Positions 54,556-64,000 of a DNA stretch of 64,000 nucleotides are shown piece after piece. The translations under genes were made by a program, and so were the position numbers. The notes beneath the pieces are model-generated. The model saw only the letters and a program-made list of their open reading frames with translations. It did no database searches and had not been told where the DNA came from. The stretch is taken from the NCBI GenBank assembly GCA_045128715.1, contig JBGVRU010000017.1, positions 18,909 to 82,908 of the forward strand, in the 5' to 3' direction. Source of the DNA: Acutalibacteraceae bacterium. Its GTDB lineage: Bacteria > Bacillota > Clostridia > Oscillospirales > Acutalibacteraceae. Position 1 is the stretch's first letter; the number at the start of each line of letters is the position of its first letter.

Positions 54556-54907
54556 GTGGTAAATGATGAACTTCAAACAATTTTGTGGAGTATTCTACTT
54601 TTTATGACAAGTAATTCGGATGCAATGTTATGTTAGGAATATTGATGGAACCCCTTTTAATTTAGTTGTAATTATGTTATAATATTTATCAAATTGTAAT
54701 ATGTTGTGTTATTTCGTGTTATTCTGACCCGTTTCGTATTAACCTGCTGACTTTTTAAAAACAAGCTTGTTTTTTGTACTGATTACGATTACAAAATTGT
54801 GACCCAAATTCGTGTAATTGCATATTCGACAACTTTTGAGCGAATTTTTAAGTGAATTTACAGAGTGAAAACGACAAAAAATAATCAAAAAGAGAGAAGT
54901 GAGATAA

Positions 54908-56869
54908 GTGTCGGATAAGTTTATTTTACATTCAAATTACAATCCAACAGGCGATCAGCCTGAAGCTATAGACAGGCTTGTAGAGGGACTTAACCGCGGT
55001 GATAAAGAACAGGTATTACTGGGAGTTACAGGCTCGGGTAAAACCTTTACCATGGCTAATATAATTGAAAAGGTAAACCGACCAACTCTTGTTCTCGCTC
55101 ACAATAAAACACTTGCCGCACAGCTTTGCTCAGAGTTTCGCGAATTCTTCCCTGAGAATGCGGTGGAGTATTTTGTATCATATTACGACTACTATCAGCC
55201 CGAAGCCTATATTCCTGGAACTGACACATATATCGAGAAGGATTCAGCAATTAATGATGAAATTGACAAACTTCGTCACTCGGCCACCTGCGCCTTATCA
55301 GAGCGGCGTGATGTAATAATAGTTGCCTCGGTTTCCTGCATTTACTCGCTCGGTAACCCTATTGATTACCGAAATATGGTAATCTCTTTGCGTGAGGGTA
55401 TGGAAAAAAGCCGTGACGAGCTTATTATGAAGCTTGTTGATTTGCAGTATGAAAGAAATGATATAAACTTTGTAAGAAATAAATTCCGTGTGCGTGGCGA
55501 TACAGTAGAAATCTTCCCTGCATATTCAATGGAAAATGCTATTCGTGTTGAATTTTTCGGTGATGAAATTGACCGAATTTGTGAAATCAATACCGTAACA
55601 GGCGAAATTAAGGCCTTCTTATCGCATATTGCCATTTACCCCGCCTCGCACTATATTGTGCCTCAGGATAAGCTACAGGACGCTTTGCAGGAGCTCCTTG
55701 ATGAAATGGAGCTAAGAGCTAAATTTTTTATTGAAAATGAAAAGCTGATAGAAGCTCAAAGAATTCGCCAACGGACCGAGTATGATGTCGAAATGCTAAG
55801 GGAAATAGGCACTTGCAAGGGAGTTGAAAACTATTCAAGAGTACTATCCCGCCGACCTGCAGGCAGCACACCATCTACCCTACTTGATTACTTCCCCGAT
55901 GATTTTATACTGTTTGTTGATGAATCACACGTAACTCTTCCGCAGGTGCGTGGAATGTACGGCGGTGACAGGGCAAGAAAAGAAAATCTTGTTGAATACG
56001 GATTTCGTTTACCTTCTGCCTTTGATAATCGCCCTCTTAATTTTGAGGAATTTTACAGCCACTTAAATCAGGCGATTTTCGTATCTGCCACCCCTGCTGA
56101 TTTTGAAAAGGAGCACGCAACCCAAATAGTTGAACAGGTTATCCGCCCTACAGGTCTTTTAGACCCGCAAATTTCGGTAAGACCTACCGTGGGTCAAATT
56201 GATGACCTTATCTCTGAAATAAATATAAGAACAGCTAAAAAAGAACGTGTGCTTATAACTACCCTTACCAAAAAAATGGCAGAAGATCTTACAGATTACC
56301 TTGAAAACATAGGTGTTAAAGTAAGATATATGCACTATGATATTGATACTATGGAGCGTATGGAAATAATACGAGACCTCCGTCTTGGTGAATTTGATGT
56401 TCTCGTAGGCATTAACCTATTGCGTGAGGGTCTTGATATACCCGAGGTCTCTCTTGTTGCTATTCTTGACGCGGACAAGGAGGGTTTTCTAAGAAGCGAA
56501 ACCTCACTTGTGCAAACCATAGGCAGAGCGGCACGAAATGCCGAGGGAACGGTTATTATGTATGCGGACAGTGTAACTCCCTCCATGGAGCGTGCTATCA
56601 GTGAAACCGAACGCAGACGAGCCATTCAGCAGAAATATAATGAGACACACGGAATTACACCAAAGACTATTATAAAAGATGTACACGATATTATAGAAAT
56701 CGGTAGCAAGGTTGACAAGGATAAGCCTGCTTCTAAAATGTCCCGTATGGAGCGTGAAGCTGAAATTAAACGCTTGACATACGAAATGAAACAGGCGGCA
56801 AAAATTCTTGAATTCGAGCATGCCGCAATTCTACGTGATAAGATTGAAAAGCTTAGAAAAATGAAATAG
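54908..56869 (+). CDS. uvrB: excinuclease ABC subunit B
   Basis: GVTGSGKT Walker A, DESH box, a helicase C-terminal domain and a C-terminal UVR motif ([11 protein letters not shown]). GTG start. Confidence 0.95.
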   Translation: MSDKFILHSNYNPTGDQPEAIDRLVEGLNRGDKEQVLLGVTGSGKTFTMANIIEKVNRPTLVLAHNKTLAAQLCSEFREFFPENAVEYFVSYYDYYQPEAYIPGTDTYIEKDSAINDEIDKLRHSATCALSERRDVIIVASVSCIYSLGNPIDYRNMVISLREGMEKSRDELIMKLVDLQYERNDINFVRNKFRVRGDTVEIFPAYSMENAIRVEFFGDEIDRICEINTVTGEIKAFLSHIAIYPASHYIVPQDKLQDALQELLDEMELRAKFFIENEKLIEAQRIRQRTEYDVEMLREIGTCKGVENYSRVLSRRPAGSTPSTLLDYFPDDFILFVDESHVTLPQVRGMYGGDRARKENLVEYGFRLPSAFDNRPLNFEEFYSHLNQAIFVSATPADFEKEHATQIVEQVIRPTGLLDPQISVRPTVGQIDDLISEINIRTAKKERVLITTLTKKMAEDLTDYLENIGVKVRYMHYDIDTMERMEIIRDLRLGEFDVLVGINLLREGLDIPEVSLVAILDADKEGFLRSETSLVQTIGRAARNAEGTVIMYADSVTPSMERAISETERRRAIQQKYNETHGITPKTIIKDVHDIIEIGSKVDKDKPASKMSRMEREAEIKRLTYEMKQAAKILEFEHAAILRDKIEKLRKMK

Positions 56870-56883
56870 CATTACATCCATCA

Positions 56884-56920
56884 AAAAAATCCCGTTCGAG
56901 CAGCTCGAACGGGATTTTTT
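56884..56920. terminator. bidirectional terminator between convergent uvrB and prs
   Basis: AAAAATCCCGTTCGAG / CTCGAACGGGATTTTT 16-bp stem with U-runs on both strands. Confidence 0.85.
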
Positions 56921-56931
56921 AAGTAGCTTAA

Positions 56932-58062
56932 TTATTTACTTTCATTATACTTTGCAACAACCTTTTTAATACGGTCGGCAGGGTCAAGAAGACTGCTAAT
57001 GGAATTATCATAGTTAAGGGTTTCAACTATAAGAGCTATATACTTTGACATATTAACACTGCAATACCATTCTCGCTTCAAAAGTTCTTCGGGCTGGAAG
57101 ATAAGGTTAGTTGTGAATACCTTGTCAATAAGACCGTTCTTATAGTATTCATCAAACTTTTCAAGGCCTTCAACAAAAAGACCGAAGGTTGAAAATACAA
57201 AAATTCTACCTGCACCCTTTTCCTTAAGCTTTGCAGCAATATCAAGCATGGATTCACCTGAAGAAATCATATCATCAACAAGTATTAAATCTTTTCCTGT
57301 AATATCATTACCTAAAAACTCATGCGCTTCAATGGGGTTTCTGCCGTTTACTATTACAGAATAATTACGGCGTTTGTAGAACATACCAAGCTCTAATCCC
57401 AAAACGGAGGAATAATAGATACAACGACCCATACCGCCCTCATCGGGAGATACTATCATAGTGTGCTCTCTGTCAAGCTTAACATCAGGAACAGTTTTAA
57501 GTAATGCCTTAATCATCTGATAAGCAGCCTGAACATTATCAAAACCATCAAGCGGAATTGCGTTGTTAACACGGGGGTCGTGAGCATCAAAAGTAATGAT
57601 GTTCTTAACACCCATTGCAACTAACTCCTGTAAAGCCATCGCACAGTCCATAGACTCTCTTGTAGTTCTTCTGTGCTGTCTTCCCTCGTAAAGCATAGGC
57701 ATAATAACAGTGATTCTTCTGGCCTTACCGCCAAGTGCTGCTATAATACGCTTCAAATCCTGAAAATGGTCATCAGGACTCATAGGAACGGTCATACCGT
57801 ACATCTTGTATGTTACATTATAATTAAAACAGTCACAAATAATGTAAACATCGAGACCTCTTGCTGTGTGGTTAAGAACGGCTTTAGCCTCACCTGTGCC
57901 GAAACGTGGGCAGTTTGCAGAAACTACAAAAGACTCTTCCTCAGGAATATTGCGCCATTGCTTTAAGTAATAGTCAACCTTTGAGGAAATGTCCTCACAA
58001 CCACGCATACTGATAAGTGCTAAATCGCCGTAAGGGGTATGTTTAAAATCAATGCTTGCCAT
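56932..58062 (-). CDS. prs: ribose-phosphate pyrophosphokinase family protein (long form)
   Basis: PRPP-binding loop [13 protein letters not shown]; N-terminal Prs-like domain ([10 protein letters not shown]); 376 aa. Confidence 0.75.
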   Translation of the reverse strand: MASIDFKHTPYGDLALISMRGCEDISSKVDYYLKQWRNIPEEESFVVSANCPRFGTGEAKAVLNHTARGLDVYIICDCFNYNVTYKMYGMTVPMSPDDHFQDLKRIIAALGGKARRITVIMPMLYEGRQHRRTTRESMDCAMALQELVAMGVKNIITFDAHDPRVNNAIPLDGFDNVQAAYQMIKALLKTVPDVKLDREHTMIVSPDEGGMGRCIYYSSVLGLELGMFYKRRNYSVIVNGRNPIEAHEFLGNDITGKDLILVDDMISSGESMLDIAAKLKEKGAGRIFVFSTFGLFVEGLEKFDEYYKNGLIDKVFTTNLIFQPEELLKREWYCSVNMSKYIALIVETLNYDNSISSLLDPADRIKKVVAKYNESK

Positions 58063-58179
58063 ATAAAAATCCTCCGCATTTTTATTTTCAGTTATATATT
58101 ACCACATTTTACTCGACAAAAAAAGACCTTTTATAAAAAAATATTAAAAAATTTTTTAAAGAAAACAATTACTTTTTTA

Positions 58180-58208
58180 TTGAATAAGAACAGATATTTT
58201 GGTATAAT
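58180..58208 (+). promoter_or_regulatory. promoter of thyX-tmk (TTGAAT-17-TATAAT)
   Basis: Hexamers at 58180-58185 and 58203-58208. Confidence 0.6.
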
Positions 58209-58242
58209 GTTGTCGAATATAATTTTGAAAGGAGAAATTTTA

Positions 58243-59016
58243 ATGGCTAAAGTATATCTTTTAGCACATACTCCAAACCCTGAGCACACCGTAGCTTCTG
58301 CTGCAAAGCTTTGCTACAGCAGTTCATCTATAAGTAATTTAACTGAAAACTTAACCGATGAAAAAGCAGCATCCTTTGTGGAGATGCTTTCAGAAATCGG
58401 TCACGAAAGTCCTATAGAGCACGCAAGCTTCACCTTTGGTATAGAGGGCGTTTCCCGCTCACTCTTAGCCCAGATTACACGACATAGAATGGCATCTTTC
58501 TCTGTTAAGAGTCAAAGATATGTGCGTGAGGGTGCTTTTGAATATGTTACCCCTCCTGAAATAGCAAGCGATCCTGAGGCACTCGCTCTTTATGAGGAGA
58601 TAATGACTGAAGACCAAAAAAAATACGATCGCATTGCAGAAATACTTAAAGAAAAGCATAAAAAGTTATTTTTAGCTGAGGGTAAGGATGAAAAAACCGC
58701 TACCCGACTTGCAGAAAAAAAGGCAATTGAGGATGCGCGCTTTGTTTTGCCTAACGCTTGTGAAACCCAGATGGTTATGACTATGAATGCCCGTTCACTT
58801 CATAATTTCTTTAAACACCGTTGCTGCGCCCGCGCTCAATGGGAAATTCAGGATATTGCTAACCAAATGCTTAAATTAGTATCAGAAGCGGCTCCAAATC
58901 TTTTCAAAAATGCAGGTCCCTCCTGTCTTACAGGTCCTTGTCCGGAAGGTAAAATGTCCTGCGGAAAAGCGAAAGAAATGAAAGAGTTTTACGGGAGACT
59001 TAAAAACAATGGGTAA
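58243..59016 (+). CDS. thyX: FAD-dependent thymidylate synthase ThyX
   Basis: ThyX motif [17 protein letters not shown] 58243 follows RBS AAAGGAGA. The track ORF's 68 upstream codons overlap the promoter and are not coding. Confidence 0.9.
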   Translation: MAKVYLLAHTPNPEHTVASAAKLCYSSSSISNLTENLTDEKAASFVEMLSEIGHESPIEHASFTFGIEGVSRSLLAQITRHRMASFSVKSQRYVREGAFEYVTPPEIASDPEALALYEEIMTEDQKKYDRIAEILKEKHKKLFLAEGKDEKTATRLAEKKAIEDARFVLPNACETQMVMTMNARSLHNFFKHRCCARAQWEIQDIANQMLKLVSEAAPNLFKNAGPSCLTGPCPEGKMSCGKAKEMKEFYGRLKNNG

Positions 59017-59671
59017 GCTAATAGTAATTGAAGGTCTTGACGGAAGCGGTAAATCTACCCAACTTGATTTACTATATAAAAATCTTAATGCTAAGAGTAT
59101 TGATTGCCGCAGTGTATCCTTCCCAAATTATAATGATCCCTCAAGCACATTAGTTAAAATGTATTTAAACGGCAATTTCGGTAAAAAACCGAGTGATGTT
59201 AACGCATTTGCAGCATCGGTATTTTATACCGTCGACCGCTACGCATCTTTCAAGGCAAATTGGGGTGAATATTATAACAACGGAGGAACCGTTATTGCAG
59301 GTAGATACACCACCTCTAATGCCGTTCATCAGGCTTCAAAGCTTCCTGAAAGCGAGTGGGAAAGCTTTCTTTCCTGGCTTTATGATTTTGAATACAACAA
59401 AATCGGTATTCCAAAACCAGATAAGGTTATTTTCCTTGATATGCCGGTTGAGGTTTCTCAAAAGCTTTTGACCAAAAGATACAATGGTGATAACTCCAAA
59501 AAGGACATTCACGAAAACGATTCCGAATATCTTGACCGTTGCAGAAAGGCGGCAGTTTTTACTGCTGAATATTCAGGCTGGGAAACTATTCCCTGTTCAA
59601 AAAACGGTGAAGCCCGTACAATTGATGAAATTGCAAAAAATGTGCTTGATAGCGTATTAAAGCTTTATTAA
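59009..59671 (+). CDS. tmk: thymidylate kinase family protein
   Basis: [15 protein letters not shown]-loop; overlaps thyX by 8 nt. Confidence 0.8.
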   Translation: MGKLIVIEGLDGSGKSTQLDLLYKNLNAKSIDCRSVSFPNYNDPSSTLVKMYLNGNFGKKPSDVNAFAASVFYTVDRYASFKANWGEYYNNGGTVIAGRYTTSNAVHQASKLPESEWESFLSWLYDFEYNKIGIPKPDKVIFLDMPVEVSQKLLTKRYNGDNSKKDIHENDSEYLDRCRKAAVFTAEYSGWETIPCSKNGEARTIDEIAKNVLDSVLKLY

Positions 59672-59682
59672 AGAGGAAAATT

Positions 59683-60222
59683 ATGATTTATACATTTTTG
59701 GCTAAAGGCTTCGAAGAATGTGAAGCATTGGCCCCGATTGATATTTTAAGGCGAGCTGATATTGAGATTAAAACTGTGGGTATCGGTTCAAAGACTGTAA
59801 CAGGCTCGCACGGTATATCTGTGGTTTGTGATTTAGTTGAAGACGAAGTAAGCACCGAAAATCTCCATGGAATTATTCTCCCAGGAGGAATGCCCGGAAC
59901 CTTAAATCTTGAAAACAGCAAAACCGTTCAAGGCTATATTGATTTTGCCGCAAAAAACAACCTTTTAATCGGTGCAATTTGTGCAGCGCCCTCAATTCTT
60001 GGTCATAAGAATCTTTTGTTAGGCAAAAAAGCTACATGTTTTACAGGCTTTGAAAAGGATTTAATAGGCGCTACAATTTCTGATAAGCCTGTAATAAGAG
60101 ACGGAAATATTATTACCGCTTACGGTGCGGGTGCGGCATTCGATTTTGGTTTTACCTTACTAGAAGCACTTACCGACAAGAAAACCACCGAAAAATTAAA
60201 GAAGCAAATGCGGTATAAATAA
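59683..60222 (+). CDS. DJ-1/PfpI family protein
   Basis: GIILPGG and nucleophile elbow IGAICAAP. Confidence 0.85.
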   Translation: MIYTFLAKGFEECEALAPIDILRRADIEIKTVGIGSKTVTGSHGISVVCDLVEDEVSTENLHGIILPGGMPGTLNLENSKTVQGYIDFAAKNNLLIGAICAAPSILGHKNLLLGKKATCFTGFEKDLIGATISDKPVIRDGNIITAYGAGAAFDFGFTLLEALTDKKTTEKLKKQMRYK

Positions 60223-60239
60223 AATTGAGGAGTGTTAAT

Positions 60240-61499
60240 ATGGAAGAAAATTTTAAAAATTTAAATTCCCCCGACTCCACCGAAGATATAGTATCCTCTT
60301 CATCTTCGGCAGATGAGGAATATGTGTTGGGAAAAGGTTTCAATATTAATGAAAATCCTTACGGAGACGACAACAATTCTAAAACTAAGAAGAGAACGAA
60401 AAATAATTCATTCGTTAAAAACATTATTTGGATAGTATCTATTGTTGCGGTTTCCATAGGACTAGCATTCGGTATAATTTATGCCGGTGCAGATTTTATG
60501 GGATTAGGCTTTGGCAGAGGCGAAAATGTGGGTATGAATATAGAGATGGGCACACCTGCTTCTAAAGTTGCAGAGCGGTTAGAAGAGGTTGGTGCGGTAA
60601 AAATGCCCTTACTTTTCCGTCTATATTCTAAAATTAAGGGTTATGACAGTCAGTTTAAATACGGCTTTTATTCCTTTAACACCGAATCCGGTTATGAAGC
60701 TATTGCTCAAATGCTTATAAATGAAGGGGCAAAAGCTGAAAGCATTACCGTTACTATACCTGAGGGTACAGGTGTTCACGACTACATTAAAAATGTTAAC
60801 GGTGAGGATGTTACCGTGCCGGGTATCGGAGCTCTGCTCGAAAAGGCAGGAGTTTGCTCTAAAGCTGATTTTCTTTCAGCACTTAACAATGTTAAATACG
60901 ACTCAAAGCTGCTCAAAAATGTTAATGTTGGTAAAACCTATTGCGAGCTTGAGGGCTATCTCTTCCCTAATACCTACGAATTCTTTGCATACGATTCTGA
61001 AGAATGTGCTCAGCTTGTTGTTGAAAAGCTTATAAGCGAAGCTGAAAAACAAATTACCGATACTATGTATAAAAGAGCCGAAGAATTGGGATATTCAATG
61101 AACGAAATTCTTACAATGGCTTCTATTATACAAATGGAAGCGGGCAAATCCACCGATGAAATGGCAAATGTTGCCGCTGTTTTCTATAACAGGCTAAATA
61201 ATGAAACAGAGGGCGGAAAATTAGGCTCATCACCTACCTGCTATTACGGTACTTTCCACAAAAATGATGATGACCGCTATGATACCTATAAGATTAAGGG
61301 CTTACCCCCAGGGCCCTTATGCTCACCCGGTATAGACGCTATTAAGGCAGCTCTTTATCCCACAGAGGATAGCCCCTATTTATTCTTTGTGACTGATAAA
61401 GACGGTAAGTTCTATTACCATAAAACCTATTCAGAACAGCAAAAAACCATTAGCAAGCTACAGCAAGGAAACAATTGGATTTATGAATATTTCGACTGA
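60240..61499 (+). CDS. mltG: endolytic murein transglycosylase MltG (YceG family)
   Basis: N-terminal TM helix, LEGYLFPNTYEF, ASIIQMEA and VFYNRL motifs. ATG 60240 follows RBS GAGGAG. Confidence 0.85.
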   Translation: MEENFKNLNSPDSTEDIVSSSSSADEEYVLGKGFNINENPYGDDNNSKTKKRTKNNSFVKNIIWIVSIVAVSIGLAFGIIYAGADFMGLGFGRGENVGMNIEMGTPASKVAERLEEVGAVKMPLLFRLYSKIKGYDSQFKYGFYSFNTESGYEAIAQMLINEGAKAESITVTIPEGTGVHDYIKNVNGEDVTVPGIGALLEKAGVCSKADFLSALNNVKYDSKLLKNVNVGKTYCELEGYLFPNTYEFFAYDSEECAQLVVEKLISEAEKQITDTMYKRAEELGYSMNEILTMASIIQMEAGKSTDEMANVAAVFYNRLNNETEGGKLGSSPTCYYGTFHKNDDDRYDTYKIKGLPPGPLCSPGIDAIKAALYPTEDSPYLFFVTDKDGKFYYHKTYSEQQKTISKLQQGNNWIYEYFD

Positions 61500-62721
61500 T
61501 ATTATTAAAGTACCCGAGCTTTTAGCTCCTTCAGGTGATTTAACAAGGCTTAAGGCTGCAGTTGATTACGGTGCTGATGCCGTTTATCTTGCAGGCGAAG
61601 AATTTGGTATGAGAACTGCCGCCACCAATTTTGGTGAGAAGGATTTAAAGGCCGGTATTGAATACGCCCACTCTCATGGAGTTAAAGTACACATAACCTG
61701 CAACACAATTCCTCACAATGCCGAAATGCCACGTCTACCTTCTTTTTTGGAACAGCTCAATTCCGTAGGTGCCGATGCAATTATAGCATCAGATTTAGGC
61801 ACTATGGAGCTTGTTAAAAAATATGCTCCTGATTGTGATTTACACATATCGGTGCAGTCGGGTATTTGCAACTATGAAACCGCTAAAGCCTTTTATAATA
61901 TGGGCGCCAAGCGTGTGGTTTTAGCAAGAGAGCTATCTCTCGATGAAATTGCCGAAATAAGAGCAAAAACACCCGCAGACTTAGAAATTGAGGCTTTTGC
62001 CCACGGAGCAATGTGTGTTTCTTTTTCGGCGAGATGCTTACTGTCAAGCTATATGACAGGCAGAGACGCCAACCGTGGCGACTGTGCACAATCATGCCGC
62101 TGGAGCTATTCTCTTATGGAGGAAAAGCGCCCCGGTCAATATTTCGATATAACCGAAACCGATAGAGGCACATATATCTTAAATGCAAATGATATGTGTA
62201 TGGCAGAATACCTTGATAAAATGACTGCGGCAGGTGTTGACAGTATAAAGCTTGAAGGCAGAGCAAAGTCTCACTATTATACTGCGGTTGTTACAAACGC
62301 TTACCGTGGCGCTCTTGACAGCTTGGCTAAAAATCCGTTAGATTGGAAATGCCCGGCTTGGGTTTTAGATGAGCTTAATAAAATAAGCCACCGCACCTAT
62401 TCTACAGGTTTTTACTTAGGTTTGCCACAGAATTCGCAGACCTATGAGAACGCAGGGTATGTAAGAGATTATTCTGTAGCGGCTATAGTTGAAGATTATA
62501 AGGATGGTATGATTATAGCTACACTCAAAAACAAATTTTTAAAGGGTCAGGAGTTTGACTGTTTAGAGCCAAAGGCAGTGCCCTTTAATGTAATAGCAAA
62601 TGAGCTTTTTGATGCTAAGGACAATCCTATAGATACGGCTCCTCACCCGATGATGACTGTAAAAATACCATTTCCTCGCCCTGTTAAAAGCGGCTCACTT
62701 CTCAGAATGAAAGCCGAATAA
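61483..62721 (+). CDS. peptidase U32 family protein
   Basis: ELLAPSGD N-terminus, VVLARELS and EAFAHGAMC motifs. Confidence 0.85.
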   Translation: MNISTDIIKVPELLAPSGDLTRLKAAVDYGADAVYLAGEEFGMRTAATNFGEKDLKAGIEYAHSHGVKVHITCNTIPHNAEMPRLPSFLEQLNSVGADAIIASDLGTMELVKKYAPDCDLHISVQSGICNYETAKAFYNMGAKRVVLARELSLDEIAEIRAKTPADLEIEAFAHGAMCVSFSARCLLSSYMTGRDANRGDCAQSCRWSYSLMEEKRPGQYFDITETDRGTYILNANDMCMAEYLDKMTAAGVDSIKLEGRAKSHYYTAVVTNAYRGALDSLAKNPLDWKCPAWVLDELNKISHRTYSTGFYLGLPQNSQTYENAGYVRDYSVAAIVEDYKDGMIIATLKNKFLKGQEFDCLEPKAVPFNVIANELFDAKDNPIDTAPHPMMTVKIPFPRPVKSGSLLRMKAE

Positions 62722-62726
62722 GAATT

Positions 62727-62766
62727 AAAAAACACCTCTTGTTAATACTAAACAAGAGGTGTTTTT
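62727..62766 (+). terminator. rho-independent terminator whose 3' arm contains the RBS of the following PBP gene
   Basis: AAAAACACCTCTTGTT / AACAAGAGGTGTTTTT; ATG 62768 follows immediately. Confidence 0.7.
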
Positions 62767-62767
62767 T

Positions 62768-64000
62768 ATGACTGATAATTTCTTGTTTTGGCGTGTTTTT
62801 ACAAGGAGAGCCGCAATTAGCTTTTTCGTTGTTGTATTACTATTTCTTACCTGCATTTTAAGGGTGGCTGTTACCGCCGTTTCAGACTATTCAGAAATAC
62901 AAAAAAAACAGAATTTTTTGCGACTTAAAATAAAAGATCTACGCGGTACTATTTTTGACTGTAACTTGGTACCTCTTAGTAATAATTCCAAAAAAATTAT
63001 TGCCGCAGTCTCCCCAACACCGCGTGCAGTTACTGCCATAAGCGCAGTGCTTAACGGCAAAGAATTGGAAAGTATCTTGACACGTCTTAAAAACGGAAAG
63101 CCAGTACTGTGCGAGGTTCCAAAAATGATAGAATGTGACGGTATTGTTTGTACAGAAATCTACGAAAATTCCATAGAAAATACCGTTGCAGTCCATACAT
63201 TAGGGTATACCGATACAGAAGGCAACGGTGTTTCAGGACTTGAGAAAGCATATGACAATGTTTTAAACAGTAAAGCAGAGGCTTATATTGCCTATGAATG
63301 TGACGCCAGAGGTAAATTGCTTGAGGGTGCGAAGGCTAAAATTTATAACGATTCATCTGTTGCTGCCGGTGGAGTTGTAAGTACCATTGATATAAACATA
63401 CAATCTATTGCTGAAAATGCTGCTGAAAACCTAGAGATTGGCGCTGTAGTAATTGCAGAAGCAGATACAGGAAAAATAAGAGCATCTGTCAGTAGACCTA
63501 CTTTTGATACCAGAAACATTTCTGATTATTTAAGCTCTGCTGATTCTCCACTTCTTAACCGAACAATAAGTGCATATAATGTTGGATCAGTATTTAAGCC
63601 CTGCGTTGCAGCTGCAGGTATAGAAAGCAATAAATCAAATTATTTATATAACTGCACAGGTAGTTGTGAAATTATAGACAGATATTTTAAATGTCATAAA
63701 TACGATGGACACGGTTATATGAATTTAAGGCAAGGTCTTGCAAATTCCTGCAACACTTATTTCTACAATTTTGCCTTTAATATAGGTGCAGATAAAATAC
63801 TGAAAACCGCCTCAGTTTTACAGCTTGGTAAGGCCTTAAAACTTTGTAATGGTATTGAAACTGCTAAAGGTTCAATACCAGAATTAAGCTCACTTTCTAA
63901 CATTGCACATCTTGCGAACCTTGGTATCGGTCAGGGTGAGTTGATGCTTTCCCCTGTTTCTATATTAACCCTTTACTGTGCCATTTCTTCGGGTGGAGTT
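62768..64000 (+). CDS. penicillin-binding protein 2 / SpoVD-like transpeptidase; partial, runs off the window end
   Basis: Not in the track because it has no stop. My translation reads MTDNFLFWRVFTRRAAISFFVVVLLF (TM helix) ... LRGTIFDCN ... GSVFKP (SxxK) ... NSCNTYF (SxN). The frame is open to position 64000. Confidence 0.8.
   Translation, partial: MTDNFLFWRVFTRRAAISFFVVVLLFLTCILRVAVTAVSDYSEIQKKQNFLRLKIKDLRGTIFDCNLVPLSNNSKKIIAAVSPTPRAVTAISAVLNGKELESILTRLKNGKPVLCEVPKMIECDGIVCTEIYENSIENTVAVHTLGYTDTEGNGVSGLEKAYDNVLNSKAEAYIAYECDARGKLLEGAKAKIYNDSSVAAGGVVSTIDINIQSIAENAAENLEIGAVVIAEADTGKIRASVSRPTFDTRNISDYLSSADSPLLNRTISAYNVGSVFKPCVAAAGIESNKSNYLYNCTGSCEIIDRYFKCHKYDGHGYMNLRQGLANSCNTYFYNFAFNIGADKILKTASVLQLGKALKLCNGIETAKGSIPELSSLSNIAHLANLGIGQGELMLSPVSILTLYCAISSGGV

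Noticed and set aside
58039-58242. N-terminal 68 codons of the track ORF containing thyX
   Set aside because: This stretch is AT-rich, overlaps the divergent prs start and the thyX promoter, and has low-complexity K/F/I-rich translation. A strong RBS and ATG at 58243 begin the recognisable ThyX sequence.

Overview
AT-rich chromosomal segment from a spore-forming Firmicute, class Clostridia. A dockerin/cohesin gene pair suggests a Ruminococcaceae/Oscillospiraceae-like organism, but that is a guess. All product names come from motifs I recognised in the supplied translations; no database search was run. Most of the window is housekeeping: DNA repair (addB-addA, nth, ruvX, recJ, uvrA, uvrB), stringent response (rel, dtd), nucleotide metabolism (prs, thyX, tmk, mtnN), sporulation (bofA, spoIIGA-sigE, yabP, yabQ, divIC, spoVB-like, SpoVD-like PBP), lactate/malate metabolism (D-LDH, LarA, Ldh_2 oxidoreductase, malic enzyme), transporters, and four tRNA genes (Leu-CAA, Lys-UUU, Arg-CCU, Arg-UCU). 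I see no defence island, prophage, integrase, CRISPR array or rRNA. The unusual material is mostly non-coding or at gene-pair level. (1) About 1.1 kb between the two tRNA-Arg genes holds a frameshifted TIGR04076-like gene flanked by two arrays; in each, short perfect hairpins of differing sequence alternate with a conserved TGATAT-type linker, and the right-hand array has 3 direct and 3 inverted copies of a 12-mer. (2) A 22-nt exact copy of the tRNA-Lys 3' end lies about 190 bp downstream of the intact gene, together with an inverted T-arm fragment, and it has its own terminator. (3) A secreted dockerin-bearing GH73-type peptidoglycan hydrolase sits next to a membrane-anchored cohesin-like protein. 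(4) A stand-alone transcription unit has a long rod-like leader, a terminator-like hairpin and a 45-aa acidic micro-ORF. (5) There is an apparent deletion scar that joins a truncated VTC gene to a truncated beta-helix repeat gene. (6) Several uncharacterised pairings are noted: J-domain/poly-Cys tail with DUF5685, LarA with an ECF S-component, and a structured element in the ferredoxin/Crp-Fnr intergenic region.
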